Part shown: piece by piece, positions 11,010 to 22,624 of the stretch
How positions within the stretch are numbered: the first letter of the stretch is position 1
How the letters are laid out: each line of letters opens with the position of its first letter
DNA from: Isurus oxyrinchus
Taxonomy: Eukaryota
Reading direction: 5' to 3'
Assembly: GCA_026770705.1 (NCBI GenBank)
Contig: JANJGN010000034.1
Coordinates: forward strand, 3,968,001-4,032,000
DNA length: 64,000 bases
The notes under the pieces: model-generated
The model's input: the letters and a program-made list of their open reading frames with translations, nothing else
Databases searched by the model: none
What the model was told of the DNA's origin: nothing
Program-made: the position numbers and the translations under genes

Positions 11010-13927
11010 GGATAGAGGTATTTTAGACGGAATCGTAATCAAGACTGATGGTTGTTTTCTGCGGTGAAATCTTGGCATTGATAGACCATGCTTGAGCAGA
11101 TGTTACTCAACAGCTTTGTTTGCCTGCAAAACAATTATGAACCACATAATCGATTGTGGCATGATTCCTTCCACAGACCTCATTGTTGAAGGAGCTGCTG
11201 CTCAATTCTGAAATATTATATTAATATTTTTATGCGTATCCCGTAGGTAATCATTAGTACATTCTCTCCGATTACCAGGGAGGAACATTTCTTGTGGTTC
11301 CTCCTCAGACCCTTTTCATTTATTCATTGCCAGATCCACAAATTTTGGCTTTTCTTTACAATGTATGATTATCGAATGGCTAACATTTCTTGCAAAATCT
11401 TCGAATGTAAAACTGAAATATTATTTAATATATTCTACAACATGAATCCCATCGCCACAAATTCATTGAAATCCCTCGCTAACTGAGGACTCACTATGGG
11501 ACCTGTATCTTTTCCGCATCTTTTGCATTTGACACATCTATCTCTTATCTCCTTTTTCAATTTATCATTCATTAGTCCTACGAACACGTGAACAAACAGC
11601 AGGGTAACGCAATTCAGCCCCTCCAGCCTGTCGCCCCATTAAATCTGATCGTGGCTGATCTGGTAGCAATTTAAAATACGGATCCCACAATCGACTGATA
11701 ACGTTTTACCCCTTGCTTGCCAATATATTTATCCATTTCCACCTTAACATTTTTCAAAAACTCTGCTTCCAGTATATTTTCAGGGCCAGAATTTCAACGA
11801 CTCACAGACCTATCACTGGAAAGAAAACATTTCCATACCTCTGTTTTTGGTGGGCGACCTCGTATTTTTAACAGGGACAAGATGCTCCCATAAGAGAAAA
11901 CATCCTCCCCACGTCGACCCTGTCAAGGCTCATCAAGATATAATATATTCGACTAATTTGCCTCTTAACCTTCTAAACTCCAGCGGATACAGGACTAGCC
12001 TGTCCAACGTTTCTTCACAAGACAACCCATCCGTTGCAAGTATTACTCTGGTAAAATTTCTCTGATCTGCTTCAAACACATTTCCATCCTTCCTTAAATA
12101 AGGTGATTAGAACGGTTTACCTGTACACAATACTTTATTCCTTCATCTTTTAGCATTTTTATTTTAATCTGCGGGAAGAGGGGTCGACAAACTACAGATG
12201 CTACTGCAACAAAATTAGCTTTTTGTCCTTTAGATTTATATTACCTGATGTTAATGCCACTCAATTTAATCCCTTCGTAGGAAAGGAATACCATGGTAAC
12301 CAGAATGGTTAATTATAAGCCCAATAGTTTTCCCAGTAAAATAGCTCGAAATGTTATCCATTTCCAGTTTGTTTTCCTTTTTTTGCACTGATGGCCTGGT
12401 CAACAGTAATAGTATTTCACTAGATACTAGCTCATGAGATTACTGTCTCCAGCGATAATACAAAAATCACTACCTTTTAAAATAATATATCAGGGTCATA
12501 TTATTTACAAATCTGAAAGTCGTGGAACACTGAAATTACTGAAACTTATTTTGGCACTTGTGATTTAAGGAGTCCTGGTAGCTCTTAAACCACATTATTC
12601 AACACGCACTGTACAGGTACACTCGCTTTTTTGCACAGCACAATTGAATGACTCTGCGACAATGACAATCATCAGAGCGCTGAAACATCTTTTAACTAAC
12701 ATATGCCTGCTGTGGTCAATATCTCCATCTTCTTCTTCCGATTCTTGTCTCTCATGATCAATTTCGAACACTTTGTTGTATTACTATATCGTTTAGGATA
12801 TTTCATCTTAGTATGATAGATTGCATCGAATTTAAAACACTGAATGTCCACACCATGGGCATTTTTTTTCTACTTCTCCACACCATATATCCTGCCATGA
12901 TTGTCAAAGATTGTTCCATACTAATCGTTTCTAGCTGCCAATCTCCTTTCATACTGATGTCTGCGTCGTGTTCCCAGACGATCTCGCCATCCCTTTGACA
13001 TCGCAAACTCCATCTTTTGTCTTCTCCCTGGATGACCCATTTGCGACATGACCGCTGCCAGAAAAAAATATTTTGTAAGGACTTTTTTAGAGCTTTGTCT
13101 TTCTGCAAATTTGACTAATGTCAAAACCTGAAGTTTGTCCATGTTTGATAGTTTTGCACAGTCTAAAAACTTAAATGGCAAGTGAAAGCAACATACTGCG
13201 GATGCAGTTATGCTACAACTTCAATACCAGCACTAAATTGTGATATTGTAGACGGATTTTTGCCATCGTGCATAGGGGCTAATGAGTTCCATCCTGTAAT
13301 AATCCATGGAACTATCTTCAGCTTTCTATATTTGTAAAAATCTGACCACGATTCCTTAGCATTTAATATGTTAACCTATTGCTATGCCTTATCCATAACC
13401 TTCAAAGATGTTTCTAAAGTTCCAAACATATTTTAATATTCAGGCTCCAACTCCGAAAATATGTTGCATCTTATTTTGTTTTTGTATGGTAAAGAATACT
13501 CCAAGGCCATTGTATGTTTGTTTTTGTCAAGGACGTAACCAGTGTCCACAGATTTACTCCATTCTATCAATTTTCATAGCGTTCAATCTCAGAAATCACA
13601 GGTGGGTAATTATATCCCAAAAGCCCAAATGTTGGTTCGGCCATTCTCCAAAATTACTCCAACTGACTCTTCTCTTCATGTTAACTACAAATTCCATATG
13701 TAGTCCGAATAAAGCATAGTTTCCTATGTTTTTTTTTTGCTTTCAAGCAAGAATCAGTCTCTACTAACACTGTTAATCACGATGAGTTGCTTGATCACCG
13801 ATACATAGACCAAGGTTGACTTCTCCAAACAGCTTTATTCTGATACATAAAAGTTCGCAGACAAAATGCCACATCTGATTTCCCTTTATATATTCACGAA
13901 GTAAAGTAATCAAGTTGTTAACTTACA
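11010..13927 (-). mobile_element. Copia-type (GalEa-like) LTR retrotransposon relic: 5' LTR, PBS, gag, protease, integrase
   Basis: LTR 13927-13771 (TG..CA, TATA, AATAAA) followed by PBS-like GTGTTAGTAGAG. Gag GYNYPPVISE..FKFLDCAKLSNMD; decayed CCHC; protease FNCAVQKSECT; integrase CVKCKRC..ARDFNEFVAM. Integrase follows protease, the Copia order. Confidence 0.75.
11580..12115 (-). mobile_element. CR1 3' fragment nested in the Copia element
   Basis: CR1 tail sequence similar to 7395-8215. Confidence 0.8.
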
Positions 13928-15375
13928 TATACCACTTAAATACTCCTTGACGGTTAATTCTTCTCTTCCTTGAAATGTGCAGACTTGAATACCACGTTTG
14001 CCGTTGTTTATGGATCCCCATATCACGCTTTGCCGCTGATGCAATTTTGCAAAAAGTAATCATGCACCTTAGATTTGAAATATGCACTATTGACGAGACA
14101 ATTTTTCAGCATCTTTCTTGGCAATGATCTTGCCCCATTTTGCATATTTGAAGTCTCGAAACTGTTAAATGCTTCGGGATCTGAGAAGTGTATCTTTTCT
14201 CTGTAGCAAATATGAATTATAAAAAGCCCGACATAGTAGTTTGGGCGTAAGGCCTGTTTCGGAGCGTAGCATAGTAGTCAATTAATTGTACGTTTTAACA
14301 GTCCACAAATTCCTTTATGATATATCGCACATCTGCAATATTAGGCAATAAATCTGAGATATTAAGGAACCTCATGGAAACAATTTATTCATCCCAACTG
14401 CTTCATGCTTCTGTGGATTATCCACCTCAGTCGATGAAGCCTAGCGTTTAGAGAACTCTGAGAGTATGAGCAGTTGAAAACATACCTTTCAAATGCACAT
14501 CATTCTGCTTTCTTCGACACACAGATGTAATCTCGCATATCAACTTTTCTGCACTACTTCTCCTGACTCATTGTGCACAACATATGCGTGTTCATCAACT
14601 ACATTGGGCCGCACGATAACTAACACCACTTCCATGCTATATTTGCTTGCAAGAACACTCTGACCTGGTGTTGTTCTTCGTTAACTCCAGTCAGATCCTG
14701 CAAGGAATTTGATTTACAAAAATGTATAATACTGCCAGAATTATTCCACTTCATCAACTTTCTTAGCCTATCAAGACCTAGCACTGCTGCATGCCCAGGC
14801 ATTGCCACAAGACATGTTTCACTGTGTCTTGTACAAATAAATATGTTGAAATGAATTCATGAAAAGCGTAATGGTAAGTTTAATTTAGCAGCCAGTAACA
14901 ATTGAATTCACAAGCTGCCTTGCAACCACTTAAGAAACTGGGCGCCTCTTAATAGGTTCTGATAAGCTCACCATATTTTTTCTCTTATATATTCAATAAA
15001 ATAGCTTTTCACAGTGCATGGAATAATAAAGCATTGTTATTTATTTGCTAGTGGAATCCACTTTCTTCTTTCAACTGCATATTTTAAGCTCAGTTTATTT
15101 GCTCCAATATTTAAACATATACCGAAATAAATTGAACATTTATGATGTAGTTTCAATTGAAATAAGTGGCTGAGGAATTTGACCTGTATAAATTAAAAGT
15201 TACCTCACTTGCTGCTCTCCTTATTTTCAACAGAATTTCATTTAGGCTCAGAAGAATTAGTTGCCACCGATGCTATTTTGCAGCTTTATTTTCCAAAGCT
15301 AATAATCAAATTTCCAATTCCATTCACACAAAGTAGTCATGATTTAACATTGTTGCCATCCGTCCTCTAATACAA

Positions 15376-15591
15376 NNNNNNNNNNNNNNNNNNNNNNNNN
15401 NNNNNNNNNNNNNNNNNNNNNNNNNNNNNNNNNNNNNNNNNNNNNNNNNNNNNNNNNNNNNNNNNNNNNNNNNNNNNNNNNNNNNNNNNNNNNNNNNNNN
15501 NNNNNNNNNNNNNNNNNNNNNNNNNNNNNNNNNNNNNNNNNNNNNNNNNNNNNNNNNNNNNNNNNNNNNNNNNNNNNNNNNNNNNNNNNNN
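15376..15591. other. Assembly gap (216 N)
   Basis: Run of N. Confidence 1.
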
Positions 15592-16268
15592 AATGGGAAT
15601 CGCAACGTGGTGAAACATGAAATTACTTCCATTACTTGGTAGAGATCTTCATGTTGACGGACATATGAAAAAAAAAATATCCTAGCGACTTGGCAGCACA
15701 TTTAATTTAGTTATTGTTAATAGAACGAGGAGTGTGAGTCGACATGGAAAAGTTTGCTTGTTCGCATCACCCAACTTATTTTCACATCTCTGAATTTGGC
15801 TTGTCATGATTTGAATTTAGCTTTTCAGTATCATTGCCCAAGCCCTGGAAAATTACCAGTCCAGCAACATAGTCACGACGTTGCATTTTTGCAGTGAAGA
15901 AGCATGGAAAATGTATATCATTGTCGTGTTGAACTTTAACCAAAACACAATCAAGAGAAACAAAATAATACCGGAATGGTAACACTTTATCTCTAAACTT
16001 TCTTCCACATTCCATTCTTGACAATGTGTTCCTTCTGTTATCCGTGATATACTTCCAGGAAGCGTTGAACATATTCTGAACTGTGCAGTTCAGATATATT
16101 CTATGGGAATGAAATGATCCTTAAGTGCCATCGCAAGGTGGGTAATGCCACAACAACGGCAAGAGGTAGAATAAGTGAATTTTGGGAATGCATGACGCGT
16201 GCCTGATAATGTTTTACCAGTTATGTCCATCCCTCTAGGCCAAATGCAACTCGAATACATGGGATATA

Positions 16269-16325
<57 letters not shown>

Positions 16326-16880
16326 TTATGACGTTCATTATTTAAATGCATGTCTTTATTTTCTCCAAAACGTGTAGATTGACCAGTTTAAATTGCAATT
16401 TAATATAATTTTTTTTTTGTTTTTAATAAAGTAGTTTGCTACAGCGGTCTGGGAAGAGTTATTCACTGGTACATCATTGCAAGCCGAACAGTACGCCTGC
16501 TTGGAGGCTACAGGCATGATTGACTCCATATATTTAGCCGAAAGAGAGAAAACAAGTCTGAATTGCAGAGCTGGAAATCCCTGGTTGCCAAACAATACAC
16601 AAAATCGTATAAATCAACCAACAGAAACTTATCCTAGACTCTAAAGTTCAATGCAGAAGGGAAACGAAACGGAAGTACAGAGTACAGCGGAAACACGATC
16701 GACCATGTTAGAAAAAATAGTTGTGAATCTAGGCGAAAGTTACAAATTAGTTTCAAACTGGCCTCAGTAATGAGATGCGAAGCATAAAGGTGATCACATA
16801 TTTTTTTTTCTTCTTCTAGTTTTCTTTTCCCTGTAACAGTCAATGTTTTTCAGTAGTGTGCTGCAATACTTGATTCTTGT
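15592..16880 (+). pseudogene. UL28: Terminase DNA-binding subunit (UL28/UL56/ORF7 family) relic, 3' truncated
   Basis: GET*NYFHYLVEIFMLTD (15609-15662; cf. GQVQTYVFQIELLRRCD); HDVAFLQ (15874; cf. HDVENFLKQ); CSFCY (16027-16041; cf. CAVCF zinc motif). It follows UL29 co-directionally. Confidence 0.72.
16264..16324. repeat. (TA)n microsatellite inside the UL28 relic
   Basis: About 30 TA units. Confidence 0.98.
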
Positions 16881-16889
16881 CGTTTGAGG

Positions 16890-17975
16890 CGCATACAAAT
16901 GTTTTGAAATTAATTAGGCAGGTCAGATTTTAAATCACTACAGCTCACATATTCTTATGGATAAAAGGGAGGAAGGAATAAGCAAACCAGAATAAGTTGC
17001 TCATGGACTGAGCAGTAGCATGGTTATTGGCAAAGTGAATGTAATCCTGAAGCGTGTGAGGTAATGCATTTGAAAAATGACAAGACAAAATAAGTACATA
17101 GAAAACAACAGAAAGAGTTGCCCATTCGGCCCTTCAAACAATTCCATATTTCAGTAATCTTGTGACTCTTCCGATCATGGCCTGATTATGTAACTGGCCC
17201 AACCCTCGGAATAACCTTTATTACCTTTCCAGATCTCTATATGGAGATAGCCTCAGAGCACCTATCAACCGAAGCCAACTCAAAATCTCACTTGTTTAAA
17301 TTAGATTACCTCCCATCTTTCAAAACGCCATTGTGCCTCTTCACAATTTGGTCCATGTCTGAGCTCAGGACAACCAGTTTATCATAACAATTAAGCTCGT
17401 GAATCTTCAGCAAAATGCCTCCACAGCCATGATGTCCATCGTGCGGTAAGGAGCACAAATGGCCGTTGTAGTTCACGTATTCCTAAGAACCTCCTGTAAA
17501 ATTTTGACATAGATTCTACATTTTGATATTACGTTGTTCTTCCTATAATCACCATCATTCCACTTGTCTTCCTAATTACTTGCTGTACCCGTGTGTTAAC
17601 TAAATTTGCTCCATATGGCAGACAAGCAAATGCACATTAGGTGGTATTATACGGACAATTACAGGGGAACAGAGGGACATGGGAATACATGCTCACAGAC
17701 CCTGGTCGTCGGGAGAATTGTATGTGAAATTATACTATGGTGATTAGTGGAAATTTGCAAAGATGCTTTCAGGGTGGGAGGATAATATTTATAAGTAATT
17801 GATGGAAACGTGGATTTATTCCTTTTGAAAATGCGAGACTGAGGTATGAAAAAATTGCAGTGGAAAGAAGTCATGCCATGTTTGCACAGCGCGAATAATA
17901 TGGACGTATTTCCCTTAGCTGGAAGATGAACAATCAGGGAGTCATGGATTTGAAATAAGAGATAGAAAGTTCAAA
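16890..17975. mobile_element. CR1 fragments (both orientations)
   Basis: CR1-like RT-tail segments at ~16900-17100 (+), ~17100-17620 (-) and ~17690-17975 (+). Confidence 0.6.
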
Positions 17976-18105
17976 CAGCAGCTGCAAACTTTTCTATTAT
18001 TTATGTTATTAATAAAATTACAAACAATATCATTATTGTTATTATATCTATTATCCAAGCATAGTTCCTTGTTCTTTGTTCACAACCAATACGAAATATG
18101 TTGCT

Positions 18106-18315
18106 AAACAAAAACAGAATTACATGGAAAAACTCAGCAGTTCTGGCAGCATAGGCGAGGAAGAAAATATTTGACCTTTCGAGCCCTTATGAGGACTCGA
18201 AACGTCAACTATTTTCTTCTCCGCCGATGCTACCAGACCTGCTCAGTTTTTCCAGGTAATTCTGTTTTGGTTTTGGATTTCCAGCATCCGCAGTTTTTTT
18301 TTGTTTTTATCTCTG
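18106..18315. mobile_element. Short hairpin-shaped Penelope pLTR insertion with 13-bp target duplication
   Basis: GAAATATGTTGCT at 18093-18105 and 18316-18328; internal inverted arms match the pLTR at 25300-25398. Confidence 0.85.
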
Positions 18316-18329
18316 GAAATATGTTGCTG

Positions 18330-21300
18330 TCGTTCAACAGAGGCCTTAACCTTCTGACACTTTATCATGCTATTCTAAATGCTCCCAGCTCACCTTTGAT
18401 TCCATTGACAACTATTATTCCACTGAACCAGATCTGTTACTGCCACTTTTATTGTTTTACCTGACATAGACTGATGTAGAGCATTTTCGAAAAGACGATC
18501 TAGAAGCTCTTCCCGCTCACTGACTATTCCACCTTTACAATCCCTGACTCCATGAAGTTCATAACGTAGTGGATAATGCATTGATACCTCCGAAATTCCC
18601 TTGCAAGTTTGTTTACACATATCTGCCCCAGTAGCTGATAACCTACAGAATGAAAAAAACAAATCATCGTATCCGTATTGGTTATTGACTGCAGTCAACT
18701 ACATTCACGTTAAGTGCTGTAAGACGTTCAATTTAACTGGTACCTGACTATTCCCCTGAATAAAAACTGACAGCCACCTCCTTTCTTTCAATCGCTCGCT
18801 TTTCTCAGCATCTTGCATACATGAGACTATACTATCTTCCATCAGTACCTGAAAAGCATCAATCTTATTTAATACACATGGTGCATTCACATGCTTGCAG
18901 AGCAAAGGTACTTTAAATATTATTGCATTTATTTTAGATTGACCTGCCCGAATACATTTTGGACTTTGGACACAACTGTCATTTGTATTTCTCAATGTTC
19001 AGTGCACCTTCATTTTCCAGTCTAATGTGAGATGCTGGTTCATGGATTAGCTTGGCAAATGCATTTGCAAATAACCCCACAAGGGCATTGGCGCGATATC
19101 CCTTCAGGAGCAAAATGTTCAAATTACACCAGCGCCAAGCATTCCGACAAAATCAGAACATCCCAGGAACTCCTTCTCTCCTGTTGCATCTCTCTCGTAA
19201 CTCATCCTTCTGCTTTATCTTTCTATTTTGTATATTCAATATTCAATTTGATGTAATTATGGTAGAGATTACATTGAGCTTTTGCTTGCCTGAATCTTCA
19301 CATTGCCATGAACCCTGCCCTCAAAGGCTTAAATTGCTCCATTCTATCAGTTCCATTGGGCCTCCCAGGACAACAGCAGCTGATCGTTCACCCACCCCCA
19401 TCAAACAGTTTTTATTTGCTCTGTGTCCGGGACATTTGGCAACATCGAGGTCCCATCCCATCATGCATTAACGTCTGAGGCCTCAGAGATAAACTTATTT
19501 TCCCCTACGTGTCAATCATCTTATCTTGGCTTTTAGAGATATCCTTCACGACTCCTTTAGATCTCAGCCAGCCGTGGTGCCATATTCTAGACTTCAACTG
19601 CAGACGGAAGAGGAACGACCACCATTATATTATTATTATATATATTTTTTAATTGTATTTTTATTATTGTTATCATTAATAATAACAAGGGATGTGGGCG
19701 GATCTATGTAGGCCTTCACCTATTGCCCACTTTTATTTGATCTTGAGAAGTTAGTGGTGATCTGCGTTTTTGAACTGCTGCATTAAATGTGTTGTGGATA
19801 CACCCGAAATGTTGTTAAGGGTCAGGGGTTGAGGATTTGACCCAGTGACAGTATTGGAGGGCGATATATTTCCAGTATAGGATAGTGTGCAAATGGGAGA
19901 GGACATTCCATTTGATGGCGTTCACATGCATCTGCTGCTATTGTGTTTCTGCGTAGAAGAATTTGTGAATTTTATGGGTGCTACTAAAGGGAACAATGGG
20001 AATTCCTGCAGTGTGCCTCGTGGATCGTATTGTCTGCTGCCTCTAAGTGTCAGTGTTCAAGAGAGTAAGTGCTTATAGATGGGATGCCAATAAAGCAATG
20101 TTTTCTGTCCTGGAAGATTTTTTATGGAGCTGCACTCATGCACAGAGGTGTAAAGTATTCCCCCAGAGTCCAAACTTTGCATTGTAGATGATAGACTGTT
20201 TTGGTGAGACCGGAGATGAATTATGTGTTCCAGGGATCTTAGCGACTGACGTGCTCCATTAGCCACTGTATTTATATGACTAATACAGTTCAGTTTCTGG
20301 TCAATGGTAATCCTAAGGATATTGGTCGTGGGGGATAAAGCAATGGTAATGAACTTGAATGTCAAGGGTGGATGGCTACGTTATATTTTGTTGGAGATAG
20401 GCATTGACTTGCACTTTTGCAGCACGGCTGTTTTTAGTCCGTGGTCAACCACACTTCATTATTCTTCAGGTATTGCTGTATTTGAACATTGAGCGTTTCA
20501 GTAACTGCGGAATTGGGAATGATTTCACACATTTTGAAGTTAACATCCACTGTCCCCAGTTCTCACCTTATGATGGAAGGAAGGTCATTGAAGCAGCTGA
20601 ACATGCTTTGGCATACGACACTGCCCTGAGGAAATCCTGCAAAGATATCTTGGAACTGAGTTGATTGACCCCCAACATCCACAACCTCATTTTTCTGTGC
20701 CATGTAAGCCTTCAGCCGGGGAGGATCTCGACCCCCAAACATACCCCGCCCCCCAGAAGTACCACCTACCCCCGATTGCCATTGACTACAGATTGGTTAA
20801 GGCTCCTTGATGCCTCACTCAGTCAAATGCTGAATAGATTTCAGGGGTAGTTAGTCCCATCTCACCTTTAGAGTTCGGCCCTTTTTCCCTTGAACCAACA
20901 TTGAGGCCAACAGCTGATGGTCCCAGGAGGAACGAACACTGAGCGCCAGTTAAGAGGGTATTAGTAAATACCTGTTGCTTGTTAGCACTCCTGAATATCT
21001 CTTCAATCTCTTTACTGATATCAGTTCAGATTTCTCATGAATCGATTGCAATGACGTCTGCCAACGCACAACTTCCAAAATATTCCTCTGACTCCATTCC
21101 GTGTGCCGTGGTTACCAGGACACAAAACGTGATCCCCAACAGTTCCCTCATGGAACATCATAAGGTGTGCACATAAACTGTCAGAAGCACCATATGTTAC
21201 CTCTATTGTTTCTGGGTATGAACATTATTAAGACAGAATCGGAGTTTTCTCCAGTGCTGATGCAATTTTTTTTTCTTGGAGCGTTCACTGATATGTACTA

Positions 21301-21600
21301 AATTCAATCGTGTCACATTAATGCAATACCCTCTGCTAGTTGCAAATTGGCTGAAAAACAACATGGTTATGTAAAAGTACTCAGGCATATATTTTGCAAT
21401 GTCGCCCCCTTCTTCTCATTTATATATTGAGCATTGATTTTAACTGGTTTAGATTAAGTTATGAAGTTGGTTATATATTAAGCCCAAAGCTCACCAGTGT
21501 CCTCAACCCAAACGGTTTCCAGTCCCGTGACCCTACTTTGCAACGATTAATGTTAATTATTTTTGCCCTCTGATTCTCAACCAGACCGACAAGTAATAGC
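18330..21600 (-). pseudogene. UL30: Family B DNA polymerase relic (herpes type), split by a LINE (19685-21030)
   Basis: Motifs in order. ExoII GYCINVTRLNLVHISER (21331-21281); S*SLE..[Y]CMMGWDL ExoIII (19470-19447); region II *NGAI..HGNV..SSM[Y] (19346-19269); region III I[K]NKCNNI[Y]S then LLCKHV (18939-18890; cf. IKVVCNSVYG..LPCLHV); region I YGYDDLFFSFCRLSATG (from 18680; cf. YGDTDSIFVLCRGLTAAG). Bracketed residues are now stop codons. Confidence 0.8.
19685..21030 (-). mobile_element. Shark L2/CR1-group LINE fragment inserted in the polymerase
   Basis: SPTTNILRITIDQKLNCISHINTVA is the RT tail of this family. Confidence 0.8.
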
Positions 21601-22624
21601 ATAATTCCATGAGACCTAATGTTTGTGTTATTGTACTCACTGCATACTTTATTTTACTTGCCGTTGGCTTCACATGGGCTTATGGCCTGATTTACGACAG
21701 ACGCCCAATCTTATTGACGAGACCAACTAGAGGCGTATGCATGGTTTCAGGAAGGGTTGGAGTTACAAATAGCGAGACCATTAGATGGGAGCTAGGCGAA
21801 TTTGAAGCGGGGGAACGGCAGAGACTGTTCCTGTGCAAGTGTTAATTGCTACCTGTGCAGGAACAGAGAAAGGCTTTGAGGACGACATCTACAAGGGCAG
21901 CATGCTACCGTGGATCATAAATCCGTCTAGGGTATGGAAGAACAGAAGTTACTAATGATAATAATGGGGTGCATTCAAATTCTGTAGAAACACCGCGCGC
22001 TCTTCTGCCCTAAAGTGAGAATTGCCAAGTGTTTGCTGCCAGCACAGGATGCCGATAAGGCATAGTTCAAGGTAGATTTGGAAAGGATGAGCTAAACCCA
22101 ATGCTCGTGTGCGCCCTTGCTACCAGTGACAGAGTAATGTAGTCCCTCTGGATGAGGTTCAGGAGCTAGATTCACGAATAAAAGCTGGATTTCAAAGGCA
22201 TTAAGAACTGGAATATTATCCAAGCTGTGCGCAATGTAGCACAAGAACGTTCAGACCTAAAAAATAACACGTGGTCAACGGACATGTGTGAGAAAGAGAG
22301 GTTTATTTTAATAACGCTGGCAGCAATTCTGGGAAAGCAGCGATCTGTACCATTGGAAGCAGCTCCACCTGGGGAGGACGCATTACCTGATACAAAGCAT
22401 ACATAGTGCGGTGGCTCAGCTTTAATTTTGTAAAACAGGAGAGATGGAAATTAAACTCAGGCATGTTATATGCAAACAGATATTGCTGTCTGCAGAAGGA
22501 AGGCATGTAGCAATTGTGGTCTTTGATGGAAATAGAGCAGATTGAGATATAGACAAAGCCTTTAAAAAGATGGTGGCATCAAAAGTGCGAATAGATCCAA
22601 TTCAAATGAACGAAATATGTTATT

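Larger units (their letters stand above)
6290..15350 (+). pseudogene. UL29: Major ssDNA-binding protein (ICP8/UL57/ORF6 family) relic in pieces ~6290-7390, ~9120-9460, ~13930-15350
   Basis: PVTQAAFLYV (6311-6340; cf. HCMV UL57 PVGPAAFLYF); HLMMLTFICLAALY (6991-7032; cf. HxxxLxFSxNSxLY); WKQFIHPN (14375-14398; cf. LKQFHAAIFPN); IVHNICVFINYI; RHVSL..NKYVEMNS (14836-14859; cf. RPLV..NKYxGxNGN). Confidence 0.8.

Noticed and set aside
13150-13640. Apparent parvovirus/papillomavirus SF3 helicase motifs on - (LTKTNI, PWIITGWN..HDG)
   Set aside because: Alternative frames give a coherent Copia gag preceded by LTR and PBS and followed by protease and integrase.
13930-14850. Minus-strand HUH-like and P-loop-like strings (GSINNGKR)
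   Set aside because: The plus strand carries several ordered UL29 motifs; the minus-strand strings are antisense shadows.
15324-15701. ORFs spanning the N run
   Set aside because: Artefacts of the assembly gap.
16090-16338. ORF with a YIYIYI repeat
   Set aside because: Translation of a TA microsatellite.
19440-19470. WDLD as an AEP primase DxD motif (adomavirus Prim idea)
   Set aside because: It fits PolB ExoIII in the context of the other polymerase motifs.
18330-21600. Host POLD1 retropseudogene
   Set aside because: Motif residues are herpes-like and it is surrounded by other viral genes; a phylogeny is still advisable.
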